A DNA stretch of 32,000 bases, from positions 900,001 through 932,000 of the forward strand of contig NZ_CP040006.1 of NCBI RefSeq assembly GCF_005696695.1. Direction: 5' to 3'. Position 1 is the first letter of the stretch; each line of letters begins with the position of its first letter. A model generated the notes under the pieces. The model was not told the origin of the DNA, ran no database searches, and saw only the letters and a list, made by a program, of their open reading frames with translations. Shown piece after piece: positions 24,303-32,000 of the stretch. The DNA is from Schaalia odontolytica (GTDB lineage: Bacteria; Actinomycetota; Actinomycetes; Actinomycetales; Actinomycetaceae). The translations under genes and the position numbers were made by a program.

Positions 24303-25346
24303 ATGACACGCAACAGCGCACAAAACCGCAGGCTCGACGTCCTGCGCGCCATCGTCACCCAGTACGTGGCCACCCGCGAACCCGTCGGCTCCAAGGCTAT
24401 CGCCGCCGGAGGACTCGGCGTCTCATCCGCGACCATCCGCAACGACATGGCGGTGCTGGAGGAAGCCGGCCTCATCTATCAGCCCCACACCTCGGCGGGG
24501 CGTGTGCCGACCGACCGCGGCTACCGCGTGTTCGTCGATCGACTCGCCGAACTCAAGCCCATGAGCGGGCCGGAACGCCACGCCCTCGAGACCTTCCTGG
24601 CCGAGTCTGTCGATATCGACGACGTCGTGGAGCGCTCCGTTCGTCTCCTCGCCCAGGTGACGCATCAGGTGGCCCTCGTGCAGTATCCGGGGGCGCGCGT
24701 GCGCGTCCTCAAGCACCTCGAGGTCATCGCTCTGGCTCCCGGTCGCGTCCTTGTCGTCGTCATCACCACGGACGGCGAGGTCGGAGAGCGCAGCCTCACC
24801 CTCCACGCGCCCCTCGACGATGGGCAGTTGCGTGAGGTGCGCGAACACCTGCGTCACCACTGCGACGGTGCGACCTCTGCGACCGCGCAGGCCTGCGTTG
24901 ACGAGGCCACGGCCTCGGCCCGGCCCGAGCTGGTGGGGACGGTTGCTGCGATCGGCGCGGCCCTGACGGATGTCCTGAGCGGGCAGAGCGAGTCGAAGAT
25001 CGTTGTCGCGGGCGCCGCGAACCTGGCCCGTGGAGCCCTCGACTTTCACGACATTGCCCCCGTCCTCGACGCTCTCGAGGAGCAGGTTGTCCTCATGCGT
25101 CTCTTCGCCGAGGCCGACCCGGGCGCTGACGTGCACGTGAGTATCGGCGCCGAGAATCCCCACGACGGCCTGGCGGAAGCCGCCGTCGTCACGGGCACGT
25201 ACCGTGCTGGCGCCGACGACTCCGTCGGATCCGCGCACCTCGGCATCGTTGGCCCCATGCGCATGGACTACGCGCGCACGATGAGCTCCGTGCGAGCAGT
25301 CGCCGCCTACCTGTCGCGCTATCTCGCCTCCCAGCACGGCGGCTAA
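24303..25346 (+). CDS. hrcA: heat-inducible transcriptional repressor HrcA
   Basis: RRLDVLRAIVTQYVATREPVGSKAI...SSATIRNDMAVLEEAGLIYQPHTSAGRVPTDRGYRVFVD is the canonical HrcA winged-helix N-domain. A GGGAGGAG RBS is present. Confidence 0.95.
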   Translation: MTRNSAQNRRLDVLRAIVTQYVATREPVGSKAIAAGGLGVSSATIRNDMAVLEEAGLIYQPHTSAGRVPTDRGYRVFVDRLAELKPMSGPERHALETFLAESVDIDDVVERSVRLLAQVTHQVALVQYPGARVRVLKHLEVIALAPGRVLVVVITTDGEVGERSLTLHAPLDDGQLREVREHLRHHCDGATSATAQACVDEATASARPELVGTVAAIGAALTDVLSGQSESKIVVAGAANLARGALDFHDIAPVLDALEEQVVLMRLFAEADPGADVHVSIGAENPHDGLAEAAVVTGTYRAGADDSVGSAHLGIVGPMRMDYARTMSSVRAVAAYLSRYLASQHGG

Positions 25347-25396
25347 TGCCGCCCCACAGACGTTGATGAACATCCCCACGAGAAGAAAGAGCAGCC

Positions 25397-26515
25397 GTGA
25401 GAGACTACTACGAGGTTCTCGGTGTCGCCCGTGACGCCAGCCAGGACGAGATTAAGAAGGCCTACCGCAAGCTCGCGCGTAAGCTTCACCCCGACTACGC
25501 GGGAGCCGACTCCGAGGAAGCCTTCAAGGAGCTGTCCGTCGCCTACGAGACGCTCTCGGACCCCGAGAAGCGCCAGATGTACGACATCGGTGGTCCTGAT
25601 GCTCTGCGCGGCGGTGGCGCGGGTGCGGGCGCAGGCTTCGGTGGATTCTCCGACATCTTCGAGGCCATGTTCAGCGGCGGCTTCGGCGCGTCCGCTGCGG
25701 GCCCGGCTTCCCGCGTGCGCCGCGGTAAGGACAAGCAGGTGGTCGTTGACATCACGCTGGAGGACGCCGCCTTCGGTGCCGCCAAGGAGGTCTCTTTCGA
25801 CACCCACGTCCTGTGTGACGCCTGCAACGGCTCGATGTGCCAGCCGGGCACCTCGCCCACGCAGTGCACGACCTGCCACGGCTCGGGCTTTGTCACCCAG
25901 ATCCAGAACTCGCTCTTCGGTCGTATGCAGACGCAGGCTCCCTGTCCGACCTGCCAGGGATACGGCAACATCATTGAGACCCCGTGCGCCGAGTGCTCGG
26001 GAGCGGGCCGCGTGCGCACTCGCCGTACCCTCAACATCAATATCCCGGCCGGTGCCAGCGAGGGGACACAGATCCGTGTCAGCGGCGAGGCCGAGGTCGG
26101 CCCCGGCGGTGGTCCGAACGGCGACCTGTACCTGCTGATTCGCGAGAAGAAGCACCCCGTGTTCGATCGCCGAGGCGACGACCTGCACACGTGGATCACG
26201 ATCCCGATGACCACGGCGGCGCTGGGCACCGAGTTCGAGCTGGACACCCTCGACGGCAAGAAGACCGTGACGATCAACCCGGGCACCCAGCCTAACGACG
26301 ACATCGTCCTGGAGGGCCTGGGCGTCGGCCACCTGCAGCGCTCGGGCCGCGGCTCGATGCATGTGCATGTGGACGTTCAGATCCCCAAGAAGCTCGACGA
26401 CAAGTCGCGCGAGCTGCTCGAGGAGCTCGCGAAGGTCCGCGGTGAGGTGCGCGTGGAGCCGCATCGTCAGCAGGCCTCGTTCTTTGACAAGCTCCGCGAC
26501 ACCTTCATGGGGTGA
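25397..26515 (+). CDS. dnaJ: molecular chaperone DnaJ (hrcA-linked paralogue)
   Basis: J-domain DYYEVLGV...[14 protein letters not shown], a Gly-rich linker, and four Cys-pair zinc-finger repeats ([31 protein letters not shown]). GTG start. Confidence 0.95.
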   Translation: MRDYYEVLGVARDASQDEIKKAYRKLARKLHPDYAGADSEEAFKELSVAYETLSDPEKRQMYDIGGPDALRGGGAGAGAGFGGFSDIFEAMFSGGFGASAAGPASRVRRGKDKQVVVDITLEDAAFGAAKEVSFDTHVLCDACNGSMCQPGTSPTQCTTCHGSGFVTQIQNSLFGRMQTQAPCPTCQGYGNIIETPCAECSGAGRVRTRRTLNINIPAGASEGTQIRVSGEAEVGPGGGPNGDLYLLIREKKHPVFDRRGDDLHTWITIPMTTAALGTEFELDTLDGKKTVTINPGTQPNDDIVLEGLGVGHLQRSGRGSMHVHVDVQIPKKLDDKSRELLEELAKVRGEVRVEPHRQQASFFDKLRDTFMG

Positions 26516-26521
26516 TGCACC

Positions 26522-27310
26522 GTGACGCTGCCCGTTTTCCTCGCCGAGGACCTGACCCCGGCCCTTGCGTCCCTGTCCGTGGGGGACAGTGCGACCCTTG
26601 GCGGAGCTGAGGGACGTCATGCAGCATCCGTGCGCCGCATCGGCGCGGGGGAGTGGGTCGACGTCGTCGACGGTGCCGGAGCGCGTGCGACGTGCAAGGT
26701 GAGTGGGAGTGATAAGTCCTCGCTGACCCTCGTCGTGCGCGAGCTCGTGCAGGAGGACAGCCCGAGTCCCGAGGTGATCCTCGTCCAGGCGCTCGCCAAG
26801 GGTGGGCGCGACGAGGCCGCCGTCGAAATCTGCACGGAGATCGGCATTGACAGGGTGATCCCGTGGGCATCGCAGCGCGCGATCGTCCAGTGGAAGGGCC
26901 CGAAGGCTGAGAAGGGGCGCGCGAAGTGGGAGGGCGTGGCCCGCGCGGCCGCTAAGCAGTCACGCCGCGCCTTCGTCCCGGTCGTTGAGGACGTCAAGGA
27001 CAGCCGCGAGCTCGCCTCCTGGGTCGCCTCCTTGACGGACGAGGCCGGGGTAGCCTTCGTCTGCCACGAGGAGGCGACGGATTCGCTCGGGGCTGCTCTT
27101 GCCCGCGTTCAGGAGTCTCGCGCGGACGGGACTCTGCCCGCACGGATCGCCCTCATTGTGGGCCCCGAGGGCGGCATCGGAGCCGAGGAGACTGCGCAGC
27201 TGGTGGACTCCGGTGCCCGCACGATTGGGCTGGGAGACAACGTTTTGCGTTCCTCCACAGCCGGCGCGGTCGCACTCACGCTGATCCGCGCCGCCGCGGG
27301 GAAATACTAG
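26522..27310 (+). CDS. rsmE: 16S rRNA (uracil1498-N3)-methyltransferase
   Basis: PUA-like N-domain (LGGAEGRHAASVRRIGAGEWVDVVDG) and SPOUT C-domain (LIVGPEGGIGAEE...LGDNVLRSSTAG). The position after dnaJ is conserved. Confidence 0.85.
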   Translation: MTLPVFLAEDLTPALASLSVGDSATLGGAEGRHAASVRRIGAGEWVDVVDGAGARATCKVSGSDKSSLTLVVRELVQEDSPSPEVILVQALAKGGRDEAAVEICTEIGIDRVIPWASQRAIVQWKGPKAEKGRAKWEGVARAAAKQSRRAFVPVVEDVKDSRELASWVASLTDEAGVAFVCHEEATDSLGAALARVQESRADGTLPARIALIVGPEGGIGAEETAQLVDSGARTIGLGDNVLRSSTAGAVALTLIRAAAGKY

Positions 27311-27316
27311 GAATCG

Positions 27317-28216
27317 TCAGCTCTCGAAGCCGGTGATTCGCGCGCTCAGCGTGTGGGTCTCGCCCGCCTTCAGGGCGATCACGTCCGTGCCGGAGTTGAA
27401 GGCGTTGGGCGGGCAGCTCATCGGCTCGACGGCCACGCCCACGCGGTCGATGTAGTCGGCCGAGTAAACCTGCAGCCAGCGCGCATCCGAGGATAGTGAC
27501 ACGCCCACGCCAGAAGACGGGTCGCGCAGCGTCACGGCCCAGGTGCCCTCGGGCAGGCCTGCGAAGGCGTGGTCCAGGCGGGAGGCGCCGATGATGGCGG
27601 GGGAGCGGAAGTCCAGCCCGAAGGAGGCCACGTCGTGGGCCGCCACCGGGATCATGGACGCGTCGGCCTCATAGATGATCGACGCGGGGTTCTCCAGCTC
27701 CAGATCATCCGCCTTGACACTGTCGACGGCCAGGTATGGGTGGAAGCCGACGCCGTAGGGGGCGGTGCCCTCTCCGATGTTCGTCGCCGACAGCTCGACG
27801 GTGAGGCCCGTGTCCGCGTCCAGGCTGTAGCGGGCGGACACCGCCAGCGTCCACGGGTAGGAATAGCGCGCCGCGATGAGGGTGCACAGAAGGACCGAGG
27901 AGGTCTCGGCCTCGGCGATCTCCCACTCCTGGAAGGCCACGAAACCGTGGAGCGCAGTCCCGAAAGCGGGCTCGTCGACGGGAAGGTCGTAGGAGCTTCC
28001 CTCCCACGAGTAGGAGCCGCCTGCGACGCGATTCGGCCACGGCATGAGCACCTTGCCCAGGTATCCCGGGGGGCACTCGTTCACGGCGTGGGAGACAATG
28101 AGCTCGTGCCCGCGGTAGCGCAGGCCAGCCAGCCCGGCACCGACGGTGACGATCCGCGCCTCGTAGTCCCCGGCCTGTAAAACGATCTCGCGCCCCGATG
28201 CACTCCGGTCCAACAT
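27317..28216 (-). CDS. aldose 1-epimerase family protein
   Basis: Track ORF 27317..28252. ATG 28216 is preceded by GAAGGAGC. Motifs LMPWPNRVAGGSYSWEG, ALHGFV and GVGFHPYL are typical of the galactose mutarotase-like fold. Confidence 0.8.
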   Translation of the reverse strand: MLDRSASGREIVLQAGDYEARIVTVGAGLAGLRYRGHELIVSHAVNECPPGYLGKVLMPWPNRVAGGSYSWEGSSYDLPVDEPAFGTALHGFVAFQEWEIAEAETSSVLLCTLIAARYSYPWTLAVSARYSLDADTGLTVELSATNIGEGTAPYGVGFHPYLAVDSVKADDLELENPASIIYEADASMIPVAAHDVASFGLDFRSPAIIGASRLDHAFAGLPEGTWAVTLRDPSSGVGVSLSSDARWLQVYSADYIDRVGVAVEPMSCPPNAFNSGTDVIALKAGETHTLSARITGFES

Positions 28217-28330
28217 TGATGCTCCTTCGCATTCACTGAACATGAATAACACTCATTCTAAACGGAGTTGAGTCGTCTGCGTCACTACGAAAAGCGTATC
28301 CTTATAGAGAATGAATCTCGATTGAAAGGA

Positions 28331-29674
28331 ATGCCTCGTCCCATGGCACACGAAATCACCGACGAATTCGTCGCCTCCCTGCACGCATCCTCAGACTCCG
28401 CCCGCGCGGTCGCACGCAACGCCGTCGCCCACGCCGGCGTCGAGCCGGTCGCCTTCGACCGCGCCAAGGTGGTCGCCACCCCCACGGTCGTGTCCCACAA
28501 GGTGGACGACTGGAAGGTGACGTCGCAGAAGAAGTCCGGCCGCTGCTGGCTCTTCTCCTCCTTGAACCTGCTGCGCTCCACCGCGCGCACCCACCTGGGC
28601 CTCAAGGACTTCGAGTTCTCGCAGAATTACGTGCTGTTCTGGGACAAGTTCGAGCGCGCAAACTTCTTCCTCACCGACATTATCGCGACCGCGAAGACCG
28701 AGGAACTCGACGGCCGCCTCCTGCAGTTCCTGCTCGGCGACGTCCTCTCCGACGGCGGCCAGTGGGACATGGCGGTCTCCCTCTACCTCAAGCACGGCCT
28801 CGTCCCCAAGGTCGCGATGCCCGAGACCGAGTCCTCCGGCCACACCGCTCCCATGAACGCCCGCCTGAAGGTCGTCCTGCGCCGCACCGCCCTCGAGCTG
28901 CGTTCCCTCGTCGAGGCCGGCGCCTCCGAGGAGGAGATCCTCGAGGTCAAGGAGGCCGCGCTGGCCGACGTGTGGCGGATCCTCGTCATCTGCCTGGGCG
29001 AGCCCCCGGCCTCGTTCGAGTGGGAGTGGCGCGACGACAAGGGCGAGTTCCACCGCGACGGCGTGCTCACCCCGCGCGAGTTCTACGAGCGCTACGTGGA
29101 CGTGGACCTCACGCAGTACGTGTGCCTCGTCGACGACCCACGCGTCGAGCACCCCAAGGGCCACACCCTGACGGTCGATCACATGGGCAACGTTGTGGGC
29201 GGTCGCCCGATCCTCTACGTGAACACCCCCGTCGAGCAGATCCGTGAGATCACGGCCTCCATCCTGGCCTCGGGCCGCGCCGTCTGGTTCGGCGCTGACT
29301 GCGGCCAGCAGTCCGACCGCGCCTCCGGCCTGTTCGTCGAGGGCCTCTACGACTTCGACAACCTCTTCGGCGTGGACTTCTCCACCTCGAAGGAGCAGCG
29401 CGTCAACACGGGCGAGTCCGCGATGAACCACGCGATGCTCTTCACGGGTGTCGACATCGACGAGGAGGGCAACGCCCGCCGCTTCCGCGTCGAGAACTCC
29501 TGGGGCGAGGAGCCCGGTGAGAAGGGCTTCTTCACGATGGACGCCGCCTGGTTCGACGCCAACGTATTTGAGGTGGCTGTGCACGTGGACGACCTGCCTG
29601 CCGAGCTGCGCGCGGTCATCACCGAGGAACCGCTGCACCTGCCGGCCTGGGACCCGATGGGGGCGCTGGCCTGA
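28331..29674 (+). CDS. pepC: aminopeptidase C (bleomycin hydrolase-type C1B cysteine peptidase)
   Basis: QKKSGRCWLFSSLN (catalytic Cys context), NHAMLFTGVD (His) and ENSWGE (Asn) form the C1B triad. Start is ATG 28331 or 28343; the track ORF opens at 28268. Confidence 0.9.
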   Translation: MPRPMAHEITDEFVASLHASSDSARAVARNAVAHAGVEPVAFDRAKVVATPTVVSHKVDDWKVTSQKKSGRCWLFSSLNLLRSTARTHLGLKDFEFSQNYVLFWDKFERANFFLTDIIATAKTEELDGRLLQFLLGDVLSDGGQWDMAVSLYLKHGLVPKVAMPETESSGHTAPMNARLKVVLRRTALELRSLVEAGASEEEILEVKEAALADVWRILVICLGEPPASFEWEWRDDKGEFHRDGVLTPREFYERYVDVDLTQYVCLVDDPRVEHPKGHTLTVDHMGNVVGGRPILYVNTPVEQIREITASILASGRAVWFGADCGQQSDRASGLFVEGLYDFDNLFGVDFSTSKEQRVNTGESAMNHAMLFTGVDIDEEGNARRFRVENSWGEEPGEKGFFTMDAAWFDANVFEVAVHVDDLPAELRAVITEEPLHLPAWDPMGALA

Positions 29675-29694
29675 GGCAGACTGTCTGACTGAGT

Positions 29695-29722
29695 GAACGG
29701 TGGCCGCCGCGTCGGACCGTTC
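29695..29722 (+). terminator. hairpin after pepC (weak terminator candidate)
   Basis: GAACGGT (29695-29701) pairs with ACCGTTC (29716-29722), with GC-rich inner pairs. No U-tract. Confidence 0.3.
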
Positions 29723-29742
29723 GCTATGTGGCCTCCCTCAGC

Positions 29743-29788
29743 ACGGGGCGGGTGGAGTGGGACAATTGTTCCGCGACACCCGCCCCGT
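29743..29788 (+). promoter_or_regulatory. perfect 12-bp inverted repeat immediately 5' of the deaminase RBS
   Basis: ACGGGGCGGGTG (29743-29754) and CACCCGCCCCGT (29777-29788) are exact reverse complements with a 22-nt loop. They are followed by TATCTGT, GGAGGA (29796-29801) and ATG 29805. Confidence 0.5.
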
Positions 29789-29804
29789 TATCTGTGGAGG
29801 ACAC

Positions 29805-30821
29805 ATGAGCACTGACGTGACCCGCGACTTCGCCTTTGGACTGCCCAAGGCCGAGCTGCACCTGCACCTGGAAGGCACCCTCGAACCCGACCTGAAGCTG
29901 GCCCTCGCCCGCAAGAACGGCGTCGACATCGGCCAGTCCACGGTCGAGGAGGTCCAGGCAACGTACCGGTTCAACGACCTCACGTCCTTCCTGGCTGTCT
30001 ACTACCCGGCCATGGACGTCCTCCAGGACGAGGACGACTTCCACGACCTGGCCGCCGCCTACTTCGAGCGCGCCCGCGCCAACGGTGTCGTGCGCGCCGA
30101 GTGCTTCTTCGACCCGCAGGCCCACACCTCGCGCGGCATCGCCATCGAGACGGTCATCCGCGGCTATCACCGCGCCGTCGTCGAGGCCCGCGAGGCCGGC
30201 CTGTCCGCCGACCTCATCCTGTGCTTCCTGCGTGATATGAGTGCCGAGTCCGCGCTCGAGACCCTCCAGGCAGCGCTGCCCTATAAGGACATGTTCATCG
30301 GTGTGGGCCTGGACTCCGACGAGCGTGACAACCCGCCCACGAAGTTTGCCGAGGTCTTTGCCCTGGCCCGCGAGGCCGGCCTGCACGTGACGATGCACTG
30401 CGATATCGACCAGGTCGGCTCGATTGATAACATCCGCGCGGCCCTCACCGAGCTGGGTGCCGAGCGCCTCGACCACGGCACGAACATCGTCGAGGATCCC
30501 GAGCTGGTCGCCTACGCCCGCGACCACGGTATCGGCCTGACCTCGTGCCCCCTGTCCAACTCCTTCGTCACCGAGGAGATGAAGGGCAAGGAGATCGTCG
30601 AGCTGACCGCCGCGGGTGTGAAGGTCAGCGTCAACTCCGACGACCCCGCCTACTTCGGCGGATACGTCGGGGACAACTACCTGGCGCTCGCCGAGCGTTT
30701 CGACCTTGGCCGCGCCGACCTGGAGCGCATCGCCCGCAACTCCATCGAGATCGCGTGGATCTCAGATGACGAGAAGGCCGAGCTGCTCGCCCGCGTGGAC
30801 CGCTTCGTGTCCGAGAACTGA
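29805..30821 (+). CDS. adenosine/adenine deaminase (amidohydrolase superfamily)
   Basis: Track ORF 29700..30821. ATG 29805 lies 3 nt after GGAGGA. LPKAELHLHLEGTLEP (HxH metal site), VTMHCDIDQ, HG and SVNSDDPAYFGGYVGDNY. The last motif suggests the adenine-deaminase subgroup. Confidence 0.85.
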   Translation: MSTDVTRDFAFGLPKAELHLHLEGTLEPDLKLALARKNGVDIGQSTVEEVQATYRFNDLTSFLAVYYPAMDVLQDEDDFHDLAAAYFERARANGVVRAECFFDPQAHTSRGIAIETVIRGYHRAVVEAREAGLSADLILCFLRDMSAESALETLQAALPYKDMFIGVGLDSDERDNPPTKFAEVFALAREAGLHVTMHCDIDQVGSIDNIRAALTELGAERLDHGTNIVEDPELVAYARDHGIGLTSCPLSNSFVTEEMKGKEIVELTAAGVKVSVNSDDPAYFGGYVGDNYLALAERFDLGRADLERIARNSIEIAWISDDEKAELLARVDRFVSEN

Positions 30822-30831
30822 CCATCGACGA

Positions 30832-30882
30832 ACGAGGCTGGGGCTCAGAGGCCGTGAACGCGCGGATCAGCCCCGGCCTCGT
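30832..30882 (+). terminator. hairpin terminator after the deaminase gene, same arm as the others
   Basis: ACGAGGCTGGGGC (30832-30844) pairs with GCCCCGGCCTCGT (30870-30882) with one G-U position and a 25-nt loop. Begins 11 nt after the stop. Confidence 0.5.
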
Positions 30883-30998
30883 CGTGCGTGGGGGAGCGCT
30901 ATTCTCACGTTGCACGTGGGGTGGACACGAGCTGTCACAATTGGCCACCCCGTGAACCCACCCGGCACGGTGGCTGCGAGACTGCAAAGATAGTAACC

Positions 30999-31781
30999 AT
31001 GACGAACCACACGAAGCCGACGTTGTTGATTTCCAACGTCCTGCCGGCACGCCCGGGGGACGAGGCATACAACAACATCTGCATGCGCCTGTGGGATCGT
31101 CTCCTTGAGGCCGCGCTGCCGAACTGGAACGTTATCCGCGAGTACGCTCAGGAAGATGGTGCCGAGGGTGCCGCCCTGCGCGCCCAGCACGCGGACGCCA
31201 TCATCATCATGGGCGGCGAGGACGTCCACCCCAGCCTGTACGGCGCCCCCCAGGGCTACGAGGCCGAGGGGCGTCACTGGTACCGCGCTGACCGCGGACA
31301 GATCGCCCTCGTCGACTACGCCGTGCGCACGGGCACCCCGCTCCTGGGGATTTGCCGCGGCATGCAGATCATCAACACGGCGCTGGGCGGCACGCTCGAG
31401 CAGCATATTGAGGGTGCTCATGGCACCCACACGAATAACCGGATCCTGTCCGATCACCGCTTCATCCGCCACAGCGTGCGCGTCGGCGAGGGAACGAACC
31501 TTGAGCGCGCCCTGGCCCCCGTCCTTACCGACTCCGAGCTGGTTATCTCGTCGGCGCACCACCAGCGCGTGGATCGCCTCGCGCAGGGCCTCCAGGTCAG
31601 CGCCTACGCCCCCGACGGCACGATCGAGGCCATCGAGTCGATCGACGCCCCCGTCATCGGCGTGCAGTGGCACCCCGAGGACCCCGCGGCCGACATCTCC
31701 CAGCTGCACGCACTCCTCGGCCACCTGGATGCGCGCCGCGCCCCCCGCCTCGAGAGGGCCTCGACTACCCTGGTCGCATGA
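30999..31781 (+). CDS. gamma-glutamyl-GABA hydrolase-like class I glutamine amidotransferase (peptidase C26)
   Basis: Track ORF 30888..31781; ATG 30999 (MTNHTKPTLLISNVL). PLLGICRGMQIINTALGG (nucleophile elbow Cys) and VIGVQWHPE (His-Glu). Confidence 0.8.
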   Translation: MTNHTKPTLLISNVLPARPGDEAYNNICMRLWDRLLEAALPNWNVIREYAQEDGAEGAALRAQHADAIIIMGGEDVHPSLYGAPQGYEAEGRHWYRADRGQIALVDYAVRTGTPLLGICRGMQIINTALGGTLEQHIEGAHGTHTNNRILSDHRFIRHSVRVGEGTNLERALAPVLTDSELVISSAHHQRVDRLAQGLQVSAYAPDGTIEAIESIDAPVIGVQWHPEDPAADISQLHALLGHLDARRAPRLERASTTLVA

Positions 31782-32000
31782 CCATCTCCCCGGGAACGAA
31801 CTTCGACGACCCCCGATTCTGCGACGACGAGCGCACACCCGTGCAGCGCATGCGCGATGGTGACTACTACGTCGCGGACGATGAACTCGCCGCATCAATG
31901 AAGCGCGCGGTTCGCCTCCTGAGCCTCTACGAGCAGGCGCATCCCACCGACCCGGATATTGCTCGGTACCTGCTCGCCCAGGTCCTTGGCCAGGTGGGGG
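31778..32000 (+). CDS. sugar O-acetyltransferase (maltose/galactoside acetyltransferase-like), N-terminal fragment
   Basis: Not in the track because it is open at the window end. ATG 31778 overlaps the upstream stop (ATGA). My translation MTISPGTNFDDPRFCDDERTPVQRMRDGDYYVADDELAASMKRAVRLLSLYEQ matches the Mac-type N-terminal helix pattern (M..G..Y.a.D.eL...r.ra..L...y). Confidence 0.55.
   Translation, partial: MTISPGTNFDDPRFCDDERTPVQRMRDGDYYVADDELAASMKRAVRLLSLYEQAHPTDPDIARYLLAQVLGQVG

Noticed and set aside
28253-28330. Relatively AT-rich divergent promoter region between the aldose epimerase and pepC genes. It contains small palindromes (TTCACTGAA, and TCATTC...GAATGA).
   Set aside because: The region is short, with 6-9 nt symmetric elements of the kind expected by chance in an AT-rich promoter. 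No repeat recurs elsewhere in the window.
30913-30954. Inverted repeat CACGTGGGGTGG ... CCACCCCGTG upstream of the amidotransferase gene. It is superficially similar in flavour to the 12-bp repeat upstream of the deaminase gene.
   Set aside because: Only 7 contiguous base pairs plus 3 after a 2-nt bulge, with a 20-nt loop. The resemblance to 29743-29788 does not survive alignment. Too weak to call.
1-32000. Search for CRISPR arrays, tRNA/rRNA genes, IS elements, integrases, prophage or known defence-system genes.
   Set aside because: I could read none of these. All intergenic gaps are under 300 nt. They contain no cloverleaf-like GGTTCGAATCC-type motifs, no regularly spaced repeats and no transposase-like ORFs.

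Overview
This is a high-GC actinobacterial chromosomal segment. Gene order and protein motifs look Actinomycetaceae/Bifidobacteriales-like, but that is inference only, since no search could be run.

I call 27 protein-coding genes. No rRNA, tRNA, CRISPR array, transposase or integrase is recognisable.

**Backbone.** The core is the conserved actinobacterial housekeeping block comEA-comEC-holA ... rpsT ... lepA ... hemW ... hrcA-dnaJ-rsmE. To its left are valS (partial), an M20 peptidase, an NhaC/YuiF-type transporter, proC and a HerA-like DUF853 ATPase. To its right is a small metabolic cluster: aldose epimerase, pepC, adenosine/adenine deaminase, a C26 amidotransferase and an acetyltransferase (partial).

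**Insertions.** The block is interrupted at four junctions:
- a heterodimeric ABC exporter pair with one degenerate ATP site (holA|rpsT)
- a PemK/MazF-fold orphan and a divergent TPR-like orphan (rpsT|lepA)
- trmB (lepA|hemW)
- a SatD-like/DUF3307-like pair plus a DUF3097-like gene (hemW|hrcA)

**What stands out.** I see no convincing defence island or mobile element. The points most worth a second look are:
1. the translationally coupled SatD-like (cyclase-like motifs plus HTH) / 7-TM DUF3307-like module, which sits behind a roughly 300 bp AT-rich leader carrying a 20-nt direct repeat
2. three perfect TTATCCACA (DnaA-box) nonamers embedded in a longer GTTATCCACAGG motif, all in divergent intergenic regions
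3. a family of hairpin terminators that all reuse the same 13-nt arm, ACGAGGCCGGGGC
4. several candidate leaderless genes

**Limits.** All product calls rest on motifs I recognise by eye, with no BLAST, HMM or Rfam run. The many long ORFs antisense to real genes are typical high-GC artefacts and were rejected.
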